DNA of 63,550 nucleotides, filler included, from Basidioascus undulatus (lineage: Eukaryota), in assembly GCA_000826855.1 (NCBI GenBank). It is 4 parts of 4 records of this genome, joined end to end, with 100 filler letters (N's around TTAATTAATTAA, not from the genome) between each part and the next. Parts side by side here need not be neighbours in the genome. Positions count along the whole stretch, not along the records: positions 49,710 to 63,550 come from JTLS01000781.1; 3 more parts are not named here. One strand, 5' to 3'. The notes under the pieces were generated by a model. The model was not told the origin of the DNA, did not search any database, and was given only the letters and a program-made list of their open reading frames with translations. The translations under genes were made by a program, and so were the position numbers. This document shows positions 51,317-63,119 of the stretch, piece by piece (the first letter of the stretch is position 1; each line of letters begins with the position of its first letter).

Positions 51317-53350
51317 ATGCCCAAGCCGTCGCTGCTCGACCGGGTGCTTAACAAGCCCTCGCGCCAGTACTCGAGCATCGCGCCGCACCGGCGGTCATCC
51401 ACCTGGCGGCGGTCGCAGAGCGTGACGAGCCTCTTCAGCGCCGACGACGGCGCGTCCTCCTCGGCGGGGTCGTTCCACTCCGAGCCCGCCCCCTCTCGCC
51501 GGCGCGTCTCGTTGCCCTCAGACACATCCACGCACACCTACCGCTCCCTCTCCCCGCCCCTGCCCGTCCCGCCCCTCCCCAAGGACATCCTCTCCACCCC
51601 GCCCGTCAACTTGGACATCCGCATCGCGTACATCCCCCCTGTCCGGCACCGCCGCAGCTTCAGCGGAGGGGACGGGACGCTCGTGGGCGTCGGGACGTGG
51701 GGGCTCGAGAGCGTGCGGGAGGAGGTGTTGCAGGATAGCGAGGGGGAGGAGGAGGATGAGACGGTGCTGGGGGTGCAGGCGCCGGCGAAGGAGGAGCGGG
51801 AGGAGCAGGAGGACGTGGATCCGTACGCAGACGCCGTCTCGATCGCATCGACCACCGACGGCGCGTCCTTCTACTCCGCGCGGTCCTCGCTCTCCCTCCC
51901 GCTCGCCCCCTCCCCCGAGCCCCCCGAGATAATCGACCTCCCCATAATCCTCACCATCCCGCCCACGCCGCCTTCGAAAACCACCACCTACTTCGCCCCG
52001 CTCCCGCCCACCCCCGCGAGCCCGGAACCCTCCACGCCCGACTCGATCTTCTCTGGCCTCCCCGAGAGCGAAAGTACCGCGCCCACGTCCGTGTCCGGCT
52101 CAGGGCGGAGCACCCCCGTCGCGAAGGTGCAGCCGATGCCACCCGCGCAGGCACCAACTCGCTCTCGCTCCGGCTCGACATCCACGACAACATCGATAGT
52201 CCGCGTTTCCTCCTCCCCTCCTACCCTCCCCACTCTCTCCACCGAGCACCCCCCGGCATCCACCACCTCCTCCCCTGCCCCCGCCAAGCCCAAGAAGACC
52301 AAGACCGTCAAAAAGAAGGCGCCGAAGGCGCCCAATGATCCCCACGACTCCTGGTCCGCCAACGTCCGCTGGCTCTCCGACAACGGCGCCCCCCCCCAGT
52401 GGCGCCGGACGACCTCCGCGCCACCCAAGCCGAAGCAGAAAGCCGCCTCCGAGGCAAGCTTCAACTCCGACTCCTTCTGCGACAGCCGTCCCCCGCTCCC
52501 CCCTCCCTCCTCCACGCTCGTCCTCCCCTCGCAGCTAGCGCGGGGTGTCTCCCCGCCCCCTCCACGCGTTCAGTCTCCCGCACCTTCCTTCCCTTCCGCC
52601 GCTTCACTCTCCGCCGCCTCCTCCACCGCCACGCCCTCCTCCCGCGCGCCCTCCTCCATCCTCTCCGCGCCCTCGCGCGACTCCTCCACCCTCCCCACAT
52701 CTCTCACGTCCTCCTCCCTCCGCTCCTCGTGCACCTCCGCAACCCTCCCATCAGTGTACAAGCCCCCCGCGCACCCCTCGCGACGCTCCTCGCGCGTCGA
52801 CTCCGCGCTCCTCCCCGGCCCGCTCGGCCTGGGGGGGACCATGTCCTCCGTCTCCGTCACCTCCGGCGCGGCGTTCACTCTCCCTCGCACGCGTAGCAGG
52901 CGCCTCAGCCTGCCGTCCTTCTCCCTCTCTTCCTCCGCCTCTTTACCTACCTTCCCCACCACACCGACGTCCCTGGGCCTGACAAGCCACCGCCGCCCGC
53001 CCGAGCGCGTCCCCTCGCATAGTGTGTTGGTACACGTCCACGCGTGCGCGCTCGACGCGTGGGATGTTGCCGCGCTAAGGTCGGAGAAGGCACGCTTTGG
53101 GTGGACGCCTGGACGAGCGGTGCTGGGGCGCGTGGCGCAGACGGGGGCGGGGGTGGAGGGCCTGAGCAGGGGCGAGTGGGTATGGGGCGTTGGAGGGTTG
53201 GATAAGGTGCGTTGGTCCTTCCCCCCTCTTCCCTCCCTTCTTCCTCTTATCTTTCCTTTTTTTCTTCGTTTCTGTCTCTAACGTTCGCTGGGATCTCAGT
53301 CCGGCGGTCTAGCAGAGTATATCCTCCTCCCTCGCTCGCGCGTGTCCCCC
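51317..53350 (+). CDS. Ser/Pro-rich protein with GroES-like (MDR/quinone-oxidoreductase-type) domain, 3'-truncated
   Basis: Long low-complexity N-terminus, then VLVHVHACALDAWD...WTPGRAVLGRVAQTGAGV...GEWVWG|SGGLAEYILL (GroES-like fold); the expected Rossmann domain is absent. Confidence 0.75.
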
Positions 53351-53435
53351 TCCCCTCTTTCCCTCTCCCCTCCCTCTTCCCCTTTCTCTATCCCGCCATT
53401 ACCGCCCCTGACACGCCCTCCCTCCCCCGCCACAG

Positions 53436-53805
53436 ATGGTCGCCGACTCGGAGAAGCACCAGAAGTCTTTGCTGGGCGGGCTCGAGCGCCTCGTGGGCGT
53501 GAACCACCCTGCGCTCCTGCCGCAGACGCCCAAGCTGCTCATGAAGCTCTACCAGGCGGACCTGCTCGACGAGGACCTCATCCAGCACTGGGGCACGCAC
53601 GTCTCCAAGAAGTACGTCGACAAAGACGTCTCCAAGAAGGTCCGCAGGGCGAGCGAGCCGTTCTTGAAGGTGCGCGCGCGCTTCCTTTTCCCTTCCCACT
53701 CGGCTTCTTCGTCCCGAAGGTCGCTGCAGGGCACGGTGGCTGATGTGCGTCGATGTTGGGATGGGACAGTGGCTCGAGGAGGCGGACGACGACGAGAGCG
53801 ACTGA
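53436..53805 (+). CDS. TIF5: Translation initiation factor eIF5, last two exons only (W2 domain)
   Basis: SEKHQKSLLGGLERLVG...KLLMKLYQADLLDEDLIQHWGTHVSKKYVDKDVSKKVRRASEPFLK|WLEEADDDESD*; exons 53436-53669 and 53770-53805, preceded by branch site CCTGAC and CACAG acceptor. Confidence 0.92.
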
Positions 53806-54800
53806 GGGGCTGGTCTATTCTGGAGGGGCGGAGGCTGGGGCATGGGACCGGTTCGGATTTCTTTCTCATTGGTAATCAAACTCATCCACGTCTCTGTGTT
53901 ACGCGTCGCTGGGTGCGCAGTCTGCCGGTTCTGCGTCGTCTGCGTCTTGACTGTGATGCGATGTGCCGAGGGCGGTGACTCCGGCTTGCGCGACGAGGTG
54001 AATCGCCTGGGACTGCCAGTGTGCCTCTTGCGGTGATAGTTGGTCTTGATTGACGCTCAGGCCTGACAAGGCGTGATTTAGTATTTGAATGCCAGTCTCA
54101 TCCGCCGTTCGTCGATGAGAGGGTGGACGACCGTGGTACCGGGCTGCGCGTTCTCACACTGCCACACGCCCGCACGCCCGGCGGTCGATGTCCCGTCGCC
54201 AGCGGAAGGTGGCAAGAGTATGGCCTTGTGTCCACACTACTTAACAGTAAAGGATAGACACAGAAACGGTGGGCTGTCGTATGCGGTTTCTAACAGAGAG
54301 GCGCGCATGCGGACATGTTGACTGCACCGAAAGAAGGGGTGGCGACTTCTGGCGCAGGGCATTCCCCACCGAGTTGGGAGCGATGGAATCTCCAGTCACT
54401 CGGGGTCTCAGGAGCTGGTGCACTTGAACGAGTGAGGTCAATCTCGTCCTGCGCAATCCTGTGGGAAACGTGTTCGTTTCGCCGCGGGGCGGAGCTCTTG
54501 CAGGCCTGTGGGCAGATGTGAAGTGGTCCTGCAATTGGTCCCAATTCTGTGATGGAATAGCATAGGCGAGATTCGTGAAATTGTAAATATTGGACTCCTT
54601 TGGCTGGTGAAAGTACGGCATGTGGCACGCAACCTCGGTGGACGCACCCGCGGGTCCGCGGCGTTGCTCCAGAGGCTGGGCTAGCTGGGCTGCTCCCACA
54701 AGGTCCGTCTGATTGATCTTCTTGTACTTAAACAGCTCATAAATTCCAATCTCCCTGATAGCTCCTTGGATTTCCAGCTCTGCAAGACCCAACACGCATC

Positions 54801-56509
54801 ATGTCCACCGCAGCCACAGCCGCTTTGGTTCCCGTGCCGGCGGACTCCCCCTTCTCCTTGGGCAACGTCCCGTTCGGGATCTTCGCCATCGCAAAAAAAC
54901 AAGTGATTTACTATGGTTTTCTTGGTCTCAGCCATGCATGACGCTCATGGTGGCTGTGTGTTCCCAGCCTCGTCCGCGCCCGGCAACGACGATAGGGTCG
55001 CACGTCGTCGATCTAGAGGTCCTCGCCAATGCCGGGCTACTCTCGGAAATTGAAAGATTCGACCCAAAAATATTCACTCCTGTGCGTTCCTTCTTAAGTC
55101 TCTCCTGAGCTGTGCACCTCTGCATTTGCAGCGGCTGCTGAAACCATACCCACAGTCGAGTTTAAACGCCTTCGCTGAACTGCCCGCTCCGACCCGACGG
55201 GCTGTCCACGCGCGCATTCAAAAGCTCCTGTGTTAGGTATAAGCGCTGGACAGTAATGTTCCTTTGCGCGAGGCGGCGCTCGTCTCCCTCGATGAGGCGA
55301 CGCTGCATTTGCCGGTCAGGTGGGGGAGTTCACGGACTTTTTTGCGGTGAGTCGCAGGAGCCAGAAAGTGTCCTTGTCTAGTGAGGAATGGCTGAGCAAA
55401 ATGCGCGTCGAGAACTGCGGCCGAATCATGAACATGCCCGGAACCCCCTCCCTCCTCAATGGCTGCACCTCCCCATCGCCTATGTACTTTCCTTTCCCCC
55501 TCCCTCCTCAGCTTCAACCCTTCCCTCCCTGAAAAGGCAAAATAGCACGCCCGCGCCTCCTCCGTCGTCCCCTCCGGGACGTCCATCCGGCGGTCCTTGG
55601 GGACATGCCGGACCCGCAGACGAACGAGCCTGCGCTCCCCCTTGCGCCAGGCTCGACTTCGAGCTCGAGATAAGCGCGATCGTTGGGGGTGCAGCGAATA
55701 AGCTCGGGGAGGTGGTGCGCATTGAGGAGGCGGCGGAGAGGATCTTTGGGCTTGTGATCCTGAATGACTGGAGCGCACGGTATGCTGCGTGGCTCGCCCA
55801 TCTGCATCGCTAACGCGCTAACGTTGTATACAGAGACATTCAAAGCTTTGATATGGTCCCCCTGGGAACCTTCCAATGGTGAGCTGGGTGTTGTTGGGCT
55901 GATCGAGACCACTCAATGCATGCCTTGCTCTTCTTTAAAGCAAGAACTTCGGGACACGATCAGTCCTTGGGTGGTGACTCTGGACGCGCTCGAACCATTC
56001 AAAGTGCCTCTGCCCCAGCCGAAGGCGTACACACGTTACCCTGCTTCTCGAACGCCGATCCGAAGCTGACATTCGACATCAAGCTCGAGGTTCTGCTGAA
56101 GGTGCCGCGGTCGTCGCTGTCCCCTTCTCGTAGAAGCACTCACAGCCCACATCCCATTTCGCAGCCGCCGGCTCAAGCCACCCTACCACCATCTCCCGCT
56201 CAAACCTTTCAGAGCTGTATTACTCCTTCACCCAGTTGCTCACACACCACGCGGTCGGAGGGTGTCCGCTCCGCACAGGCGACGTCCTCGGCTCGGGCAC
56301 GATCAGCGGGCGCGTGCAAGGTCGGAGGGGTCGTTTCTGGAGCTTACACAAGCGGGGAGGAGCCAATCCGGTTTGGTGATGGGACTTTGGGGGGGTTCTG
56401 GAGGGGGGACGAGGTGAACTTGGTTGCGTGGGCGGGCGACGATGCGGAGGGAGGAAGGGTCGGGTTCGGGGACTGCAAGGGAGTCATCTTGCCGGCGCCT
56501 CAGGCCTAG
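54801..56509 (+). pseudogene. fahA: Fumarylacetoacetase pseudogene
   Basis: DSPFSLGNVPFGIF, LHLPVRLGEFTDFF, WLHLPIAY, RASSVVPSGT, RLDFELE, ILNDWSARDIQ, TISPWVVTLDALEPF, GDVLGSGTISG, RVGFGDCKGVILPA; in-frame TAG and TAA at about 55234-55242 plus several frameshifts. Confidence 0.9.
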
Positions 56510-56854
56510 AATATTTTTATTAAAACTATGTGGTTTTTTGTGTTACTGATCGCTGTGGTGAGGATTACTGCTGGAAGATGGTTTCGGGTTTGAAAGGCGG
56601 CACAGTCGGGCTGCAACAACGTGTGAACAGGTATAGATGATAGAAACCGAGAAACGATTAGGCGATAACCTCATTTGGGTGGAAAGCCTTTGGAAGGCAA
56701 GAAAAATGGTCGGCTGCTAAGAAGAACTGTTTGGCGAGCTGCTTGCAACTGGCTGACGCACAGGTTCTCACGCTCACGCACACCAGTTCCCCAAGCCGCC
56801 CCGGGCCCGGTCTTCTCGTTCGCTCTTGCTCCCTCATCGGCCCGCATATCCGCC

Positions 56855-57574
56855 ATGCCCACCTGTAAGCATCTCCCTGCATTCTCCCCTTTAGCCCCCT
56901 CCTGCCCTTCCCACCGCGGCCCACCTTCACCCCCGCTCACCCCAATTCCATCCTGCAGTTCAATCCCGCCCCTTCCGACCGTCCCGAACAACCGCAACCC
57001 TCAACCGCATCTTCCGCGCCCACCCTTTCGCAGCATTCGGTCTCCCATTCGTGGGGCTCATCGTTATCGCCTCCTTCGGGCTGAGCAGCTTCACGCAGAC
57101 GCGCTATGATCTGCATGAGAGCAAAGTGCAGTCGGTGCGTCTTCGGAGGGGGCGGACGAAGGACTAGGTGAGGTCTGAGGAAATGGTGGCTGATTGGCTT
57201 TGAGCGCTTGCTGGCGGCTGTTGGGTGCAGGTGGGCAAGGAGGAGGCGCTGCAGATGAGCAAGAACCGGAAGAAGGTGGATTTGAGGGAGGAGTACTTCG
57301 TGCGTCTTCTTTAGTTGCTTCCGTTCTCTCCGCTTTTAGTCCTCGGAATGCTTATGCGCACATCCACAACAATAAGCGCCTGCAAATGAAAGGCGATGAG
57401 CTGGACGACTGGGAGAACAAGCGGGTTCCTGTGCGTCCCTTCATCCGTCTCGCCGCTTGCCTTCGCTCTCGTGCTGAAGTGCGATGGCCCGGGGGACAGC
57501 GCTTACCTGGTCAGCCAGAATGGGGCGTCGGAGTGGAGGGGATCGAAAAGTCTCGAGAGAAGCCGAGTTTGTGA
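56855..57574 (+). CDS. COX16: Cytochrome c oxidase assembly factor Cox16
   Basis: Five exons give MPTFQSRPF...HPFAAFGLPFVGLIVIASFGLSSFTQTRYDLHESKVQSVGKEEALQMSKNRKKVDLREEYFRLQMKGDELDDWENKRVPRLPGQPEWG...*. Confidence 0.93.
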
Positions 57575-57882
57575 TAGCAGGAGGCTCGGCGCTGAAGGTT
57601 TGGGAGGACTGTTGTACTACTTACGTCTCACGACCGTTCACTTCACGGACTGCGCATCTCGTTCACATGCTGTTCGCACTCATAGGCCTGGCCTTCTTCT
57701 TCTTCTTTTCCAAACCTTGCTCAGACAGTATCGGCCTCTCGATCCCTCTGCGCCTCGACCCGCTCTCCTCGTTTCGATCCGTTTCGCTTTGATTCGGGCT
57801 CCCCGCTTTCCTCGGTTCTTTCTCTGTCTCTTCAAGCCTAAGCAGCCCACGGAGACTCCCCTGCCCAGTTCCCAGGCCGGAT

Positions 57883-58635
57883 ATGCTCGTTCGCCTACCC
57901 TCGTGCATTTGCTCGCTCGTCGCTCACGTTCAATCTCGCTTACTCTCCGGGGTGCTCCTCTCTCAACGACGCAGCTCCCCTGCTCTCTGGCCTTCTTATC
58001 CGCGACGAGGATGACGGGCTGGCGCACCCCCGCAGGTTGTATGAGAGCCTGAGGAAAAGGAACGTCAACTCTAGCGAGCACCAGGAGTTCAGCGTGCAGA
58101 AGGGCGAGCTTCACATTGGACTTGGACGCAATGTGTGGCTTCTTCTCCCACCTCTAAACCACTCGCTTTACCCCTGCACGAGCTTCCTCCCTCCTAATAC
58201 GTTATGCTCATCCCCCACCGCGTACATGACCTCGATTCGATCCCTGCCCTCCTAAGTATCAAGCAGATCTGCCCTCGTCCGACCCTCTTCGCGCCGACGC
58301 TTCCCTAACGAGCAATCCGACATCCTCCCCTCCTCCTCTCCCTCCTCCTCGTCCTCCAGCATTGTCGTCACACTCCACTGCCAACAGGACCCTCAACCTT
58401 CTCATGCCCCCCTACGCGCAGACCAGCATCCACCGCCTGCACGCGCAGGGCTTGGAAGGAATGAGAATTAAGATCGCTGTTGTCGATACGGGTGCGTATG
58501 CCGGGCGGAGATGGAGATGGCGTGTGAAAGCTCGGCGTTGGTGGGGCTGGTAGACGTCGACTGTACTGACCCCGCCCTCGGCTGGTGCTTCGGCCCCAAC
58601 TGCAAAGTCGCTTTGGGGGCCGACCTTGTGCATCC
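57883..58635 (+). pseudogene. Subtilisin-like (S8) serine protease pseudogene, 5' fragment
   Basis: Pro-region-like LYESLRKRNV...QEFS..KGELHIGL; catalytic-Asp region LHAQGLEGMRIKIAVVDTG|VDCTDPALGWCFGPNCKVALGADLV; His and Ser motifs missing; stops and frame changes. Confidence 0.8.
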
Positions 58636-58959
58636 CGTGGTTTTCCTATCCCGGCTCAACCGCGCTCACCCTCCCTCCCTTCATCCCTCTCTACCACCGC
58701 TCCTAGCCCTGCCCCCGCCGTTATGCCGCGGGTGGACAGCCGATCATAGAGCGAGCGTCGTGCCGGACCCGACTGCTCTCCCTCTGGCGTCTCATCTTCC
58801 TCTTCGTCCCATCGTCCCAAGACATGCTGTACTCTAGAATTACCCATTTCAATGAGACCAGAAGACCAGTATCGAGATGTGCTTCTCCCGCGCTAAGCAG
58901 TACGTGGAGCTCCTCGCCCTCGAGCGCAAGGATATCGAGATCAGAAGGGAAGCTAGCAC

Positions 58960-59640
58960 TGCCGCTGTGCCCTGTGGCGAGTAGCCGGGGTTCGGAGCGT
59001 CTCGAGCTTCAAACAAACTCTTTAAAAAAACCGCCAGCGTGGTGGCACCATCGGGCCCAAAGATCCATCAAGGTACCGCAATTCCGAACCGTGAGCATCA
59101 AAGAAGCGTTTGACGGCACAAGCCGGACACTGTGGCACACGCAGAATGACTGCAATGAGTTCCGGAAAACGGCAGTCCGCCAGAAGACCCAGAACACTTT
59201 CGTAGCCAGTAAGGCCGTCCTTCCTGCACGTGAACAATAGCTCCTCTAGTTTCGGGAGCTCCAAGGGGGCTGCCTCGCCGGAAGCCTCTCGATAGCCTGA
59301 GTAATCCAGTGATGGAGAGCCGGAGAAGCTCGGCGAACGCACCAATGACGGCTAGAGTATGGACGCTTGCGTCGAATATTGGGTCGAGCCTGATCGACAA
59401 TTCAGTCAAACAACACGCATTGCTTGCGGCAAGAGCGCGACAAACTGCGCGCGCGACCGGAGCGTCCCTGAAAGACACCGTCTCGAGCCCGCTTGTGAAA
59501 GCCAAGACACGCGCCAACGCAAGGTTAGCGAAACAATCGCTCTCCAGGACGTTGCGAGCAACGGAAGCGACACAATTCCGGGTATGCAGCAGTGGAGCGC
59601 GCCCCTAGCGATCGAGTCGAAGGACCAAGCGGCCGAAAGC
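58960..59640 (-). pseudogene. RNI-LRR-like pseudogene fragment
   Basis: RVLAFTSGLETVSF..RAVCRALAASNACCLTELSI, LELPKLEELL, CRFPELIAVIL, KRFFDAHGSELRYL spread over several frames; paralogous to 60880-61795. Confidence 0.6.
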
Positions 59641-60879
59641 CAGGACCGCCTCGGCATCGAGGGTGACCAAGCGATAGCTATGTGACTCCGAGAGACGCTG
59701 AAACAATTAATGAACTCCATAGTCTCAGCTTCACGTTGTACGTGACTGCGCTTGGTTGAAAACAAGCACTCACGTTCCAGGAACGGCAGACCAGGGCAAG
59801 TTGCGCTCCCTTGAAGTGCTTACCGCAATTGCGGCTGTCACCGACAAGAAGGGCAAAGATCCTGCATCAAAGCCCAATGGGAAGAGAGAGACCAGCCATG
59901 AGTGCGTTTAGTGAAGTGCCTAGGGGGATATGAGAGACTGAAGGCATGGGGTGGGTGAGGAGTAAGGAGATGCCAGGCGGAACAAAGCGGAACCCTGCAC
60001 ATGCAACCGTAAGGGCCCGATCTGCCTCCCGTTGTTCTTTTGTGTGTTCGCAGACAACAAGACGTTCCGAAAATCATCATATAGCTCTTACACAGCATTA
60101 GAAGACGTGAGCGGCACAACGGAGTGGTGGTCGATTTTAACCGGACTGCATCGCTTGCGCACCCAAGTACAGCCCAGTTTATTTTCTAATCTATAATTTG
60201 CATAGATTCCACTACCTTTCACAACAGCCAATGTCAAAACTCCACTTTGTTTCGACGGGGGTCAGAGCTCCTGGGCTCACATTCGAGGTTCGTTGCCCGA
60301 TCCGCAAGCGCCCTGCGACGAGGTGGCGCTGTTGTTCCGACTCAAGCAACAATCGCTGACTTTGAATTGCTAGAGCGATGACGCAGAATCTGGGAAATTT
60401 GAGCATATGTTTGGGAGATTGCTTCTTTGAGTGAATGATTCGGAGTGCGTGTGTCACTCTCAGTTGTTTGCAGCGATGCAGTGCCACCCTAACCACGCAC
60501 AACTTGCAGCTCTGACAAACCGCCTTTGAAACCCCTTTACGTCCGCTCCAGAGACTTAGTCTCAGTTGAAGCCAAATCCTTGCTTGCGAAAGGTGATACA
60601 GCCGCCGCCGAGCAACCAGGTGTGCATTGGCACAGCTCCGCTTTCCGCCCGCTGTGTCACTTCGGTGGGCTTTGTATTGAAGGTTTGCGCTCATGACCGA
60701 TCAATTTGCCCGCTGCTGAGGCTGAAGGTTGCACGCGGACAGCTTCCGTTAGCAGTAAGAATGCTGACCTGCGCTTTGCGGGCTCTTCAGAATCCGCAAT
60801 GGTGTGGGATTACTTGGCGATTAATATGCTCTTCCAGGTGCGGGTTTCGACTCGAGAACAAATACAACCATAGAGACTA

Positions 60880-61795
60880 TGCATGGCAGACAATTCATTT
60901 CCCCACTGCACATTTAAGACCAACTCCCTCTGAACGATACCGCTATACCACAGCTAAAATCCGATCATAGAGTGAGTCTTGTGCCCCATCAGGTAGCTCA
61001 GGCGGATCGTCGTCTTCCTCCCACCACACAGGTTCCTCGTAGTACAAAGTCACGTCTTCCAACGAGCGCAGGTGGACGGTGCGGATAAAGGCCTCTCCTG
61101 CCTCAAGCAGTATACGATGATGTTCTGCCTCGAGCACAAGCGTTTCAATCGAGGCCGGAAGAGAACCGAGAGCAGGGTCTACAATGCCTGATGAATGAAT
61201 CAGAGTGCTGAACGTCTTAAGATTGGGCCACAGTACGTCCACAACCATGTCATCATCGTCATGGTTCGGACCGTTGAGATACAACAGCTTCGAGCCATGA
61301 CCCCCGAAAAAGCGTCTGAGTAAGTGCCGAACGTCGAACACTCAGCTGTTCGTAGAAAGGCATCAACAAGTTTCGGGAAGCGCCATTCGGCCAAGAACTC
61401 GAGAAGGTCCTCAGGTCTGGAAAATCCCCTATCCCAAATATAAGCTCCTCCAGCTTCGAGAGCTCGAAGGGGGTGGCCGGTCGTCACAGGTCTGCTGATG
61501 AGTTGAGTAATCGAGCTCGATCGAGAGCCGCCGAAGCTCGACGAAAATACCGACGGCCGCCAGAGTTGGAGCCCTGATAGCGAGGATCAAGCTGGTTTCA
61601 ATAGATAGGTCTGTGAGACTCGACGCATTGTTCGCAGCCAGAGCCCGACATGTTGCCCGTGCGAGCGAAGCGTGTTCGAAAGACACCGTTGCAAAGCCTG
61701 CTTGTGAAAGCGAAGATACGGCGGGTCAATGCAAGTGAGCGAAATAAATCTGTCTCTTCGACTCCGGGCGATAGGCAAGAAAACGACACATTCTC
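60880..61795 (-). pseudogene. RNI-LRR-like pseudogene fragment
   Basis: RIFAFTSRL, RATCRALAANNASSLTDLSI, WRFPKLVDAFL, RRFFGGHGSKLLYL, LPASIETLVL in several frames. Confidence 0.6.
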
Positions 61796-62759
61796 GAGTG
61801 TGCCGATGGGGAGTGCGCCCCACCCCACGGCGGCCCCGCCGTTGGCGTACGAGAAGCGCTGGAGCGCGCGCGGGAGGCGCAGCACCTTCGCCAGCGCTGA
61901 GGCGTGGATGGCGCTGTATGAGAATGTCAGGTCCGTGATGGACGACGTGCCGTACAGGGCGGACAGGTCCCCGTCGTCGGCGTCGGTCCAGTCTTCCGCC
62001 TCGACCATGTGCGCTGTGAGCTTCCGGAGCGAGGGGAGCGAGAAGCACGGGACGATCTGGCTCAGGTGGAAGCCGTTCTCCGTGTCGTCCCAGGAGATGG
62101 AGAGCTCGCGCAGGGAGCGGAGACCGCGCGGAACGACCGTTGTGGGCAAGGAGCCAGAGCCCAGGGCATCGAAGAAGAGCTTGGCTTCGGAAGACGGGGT
62201 GACGTCCAGCCCGAGCAGGTTCGGAAGGAGATCGAGAAGAAGGACGACTTGGGCGGTCTGCCAGCCCAGCTTTAGCGCGCGCAGCAGCTTCTGGCTGGGG
62301 ACTGAGGCTGTGGCGGCACTACGAAGAGCTTGATCTCCTCGGGTGGCGTTGAATGCTCGCCGTCGTCGTCGTCGTCGTCATCATGATCCTCAAGCTCCTC
62401 GCCATTCCCTTCTCCGCCCTCCTCGCCCTCCTCATCCTCGCCGTCCACAGTCTCCCAAATAAGCGAAAGACTGCGAACATGCGCCGCAAGCGCCGGGCGC
62501 GAAACGATGGTGCGAAGGAAGTGCCGCCCCGGGTCATTGAGGTAACCGGGGTCTCCCAGCTTGATCGTTCGGTAGAGAAAGCGCTCGGTGAGCGCATGCA
62601 ACCGACGGTTGACGAGCGAAAGGCGAGCGTAATCCCACGATGGTCCGTGGCACAAGAGCTGAAGTGGTATGGCCGGGTCGTGACCTTCTGGAGGGTGGCA
62701 GACGCTAGAGGAAGAATTTGGACGAGGATGTCGTCCGGGAGGTTGGTGAAGACGGCCAT
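61796..62759 (-). pseudogene. F-box/LRR gene of a second subfamily, frameshifted and 3'-truncated
   Basis: MAVFTNLPDDILVQIL; ARLSLVNRRLHALTERFLYRTI; FLRTIVSRPALAAHVRSL; LRSLRELSISW, FSLPSLRKL, TSSITDLTFSYS, LRLPRALQRFSY; frame changes near 62660 and 62325. Confidence 0.75.
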
Positions 62760-63119
62760 TTTGAGTTGAGGAGGACGGCTAGAGGTCAATAGTCAAGTTA
62801 GACTACGTGACAATCAGGGTGGGAGCTCAAGAAGCTCAAGGAGTCGCCGCCGTCACGGTGAAACGCGCGGGCAGCCGCTGCCAGGATTGCTTTCATGCAA
62901 GCCTTGTGCAAGCGCTCAAGTTTTCATGTGTTTTAAGAACATAGAGTGGTTGGCTGAACACATTCAGGCACTTTTGAGCATTGACGTTACGACGCGTACG
63001 CTCACCGTTGGCTCCGACCCTAATGGGCGTGCGACACAACACAACAGAACTGAGGCGATATCAACCACTATCGGACGTTTGATACATTGATGGCAGATTC
63101 AGGGTCGAAACAGTGAAGA

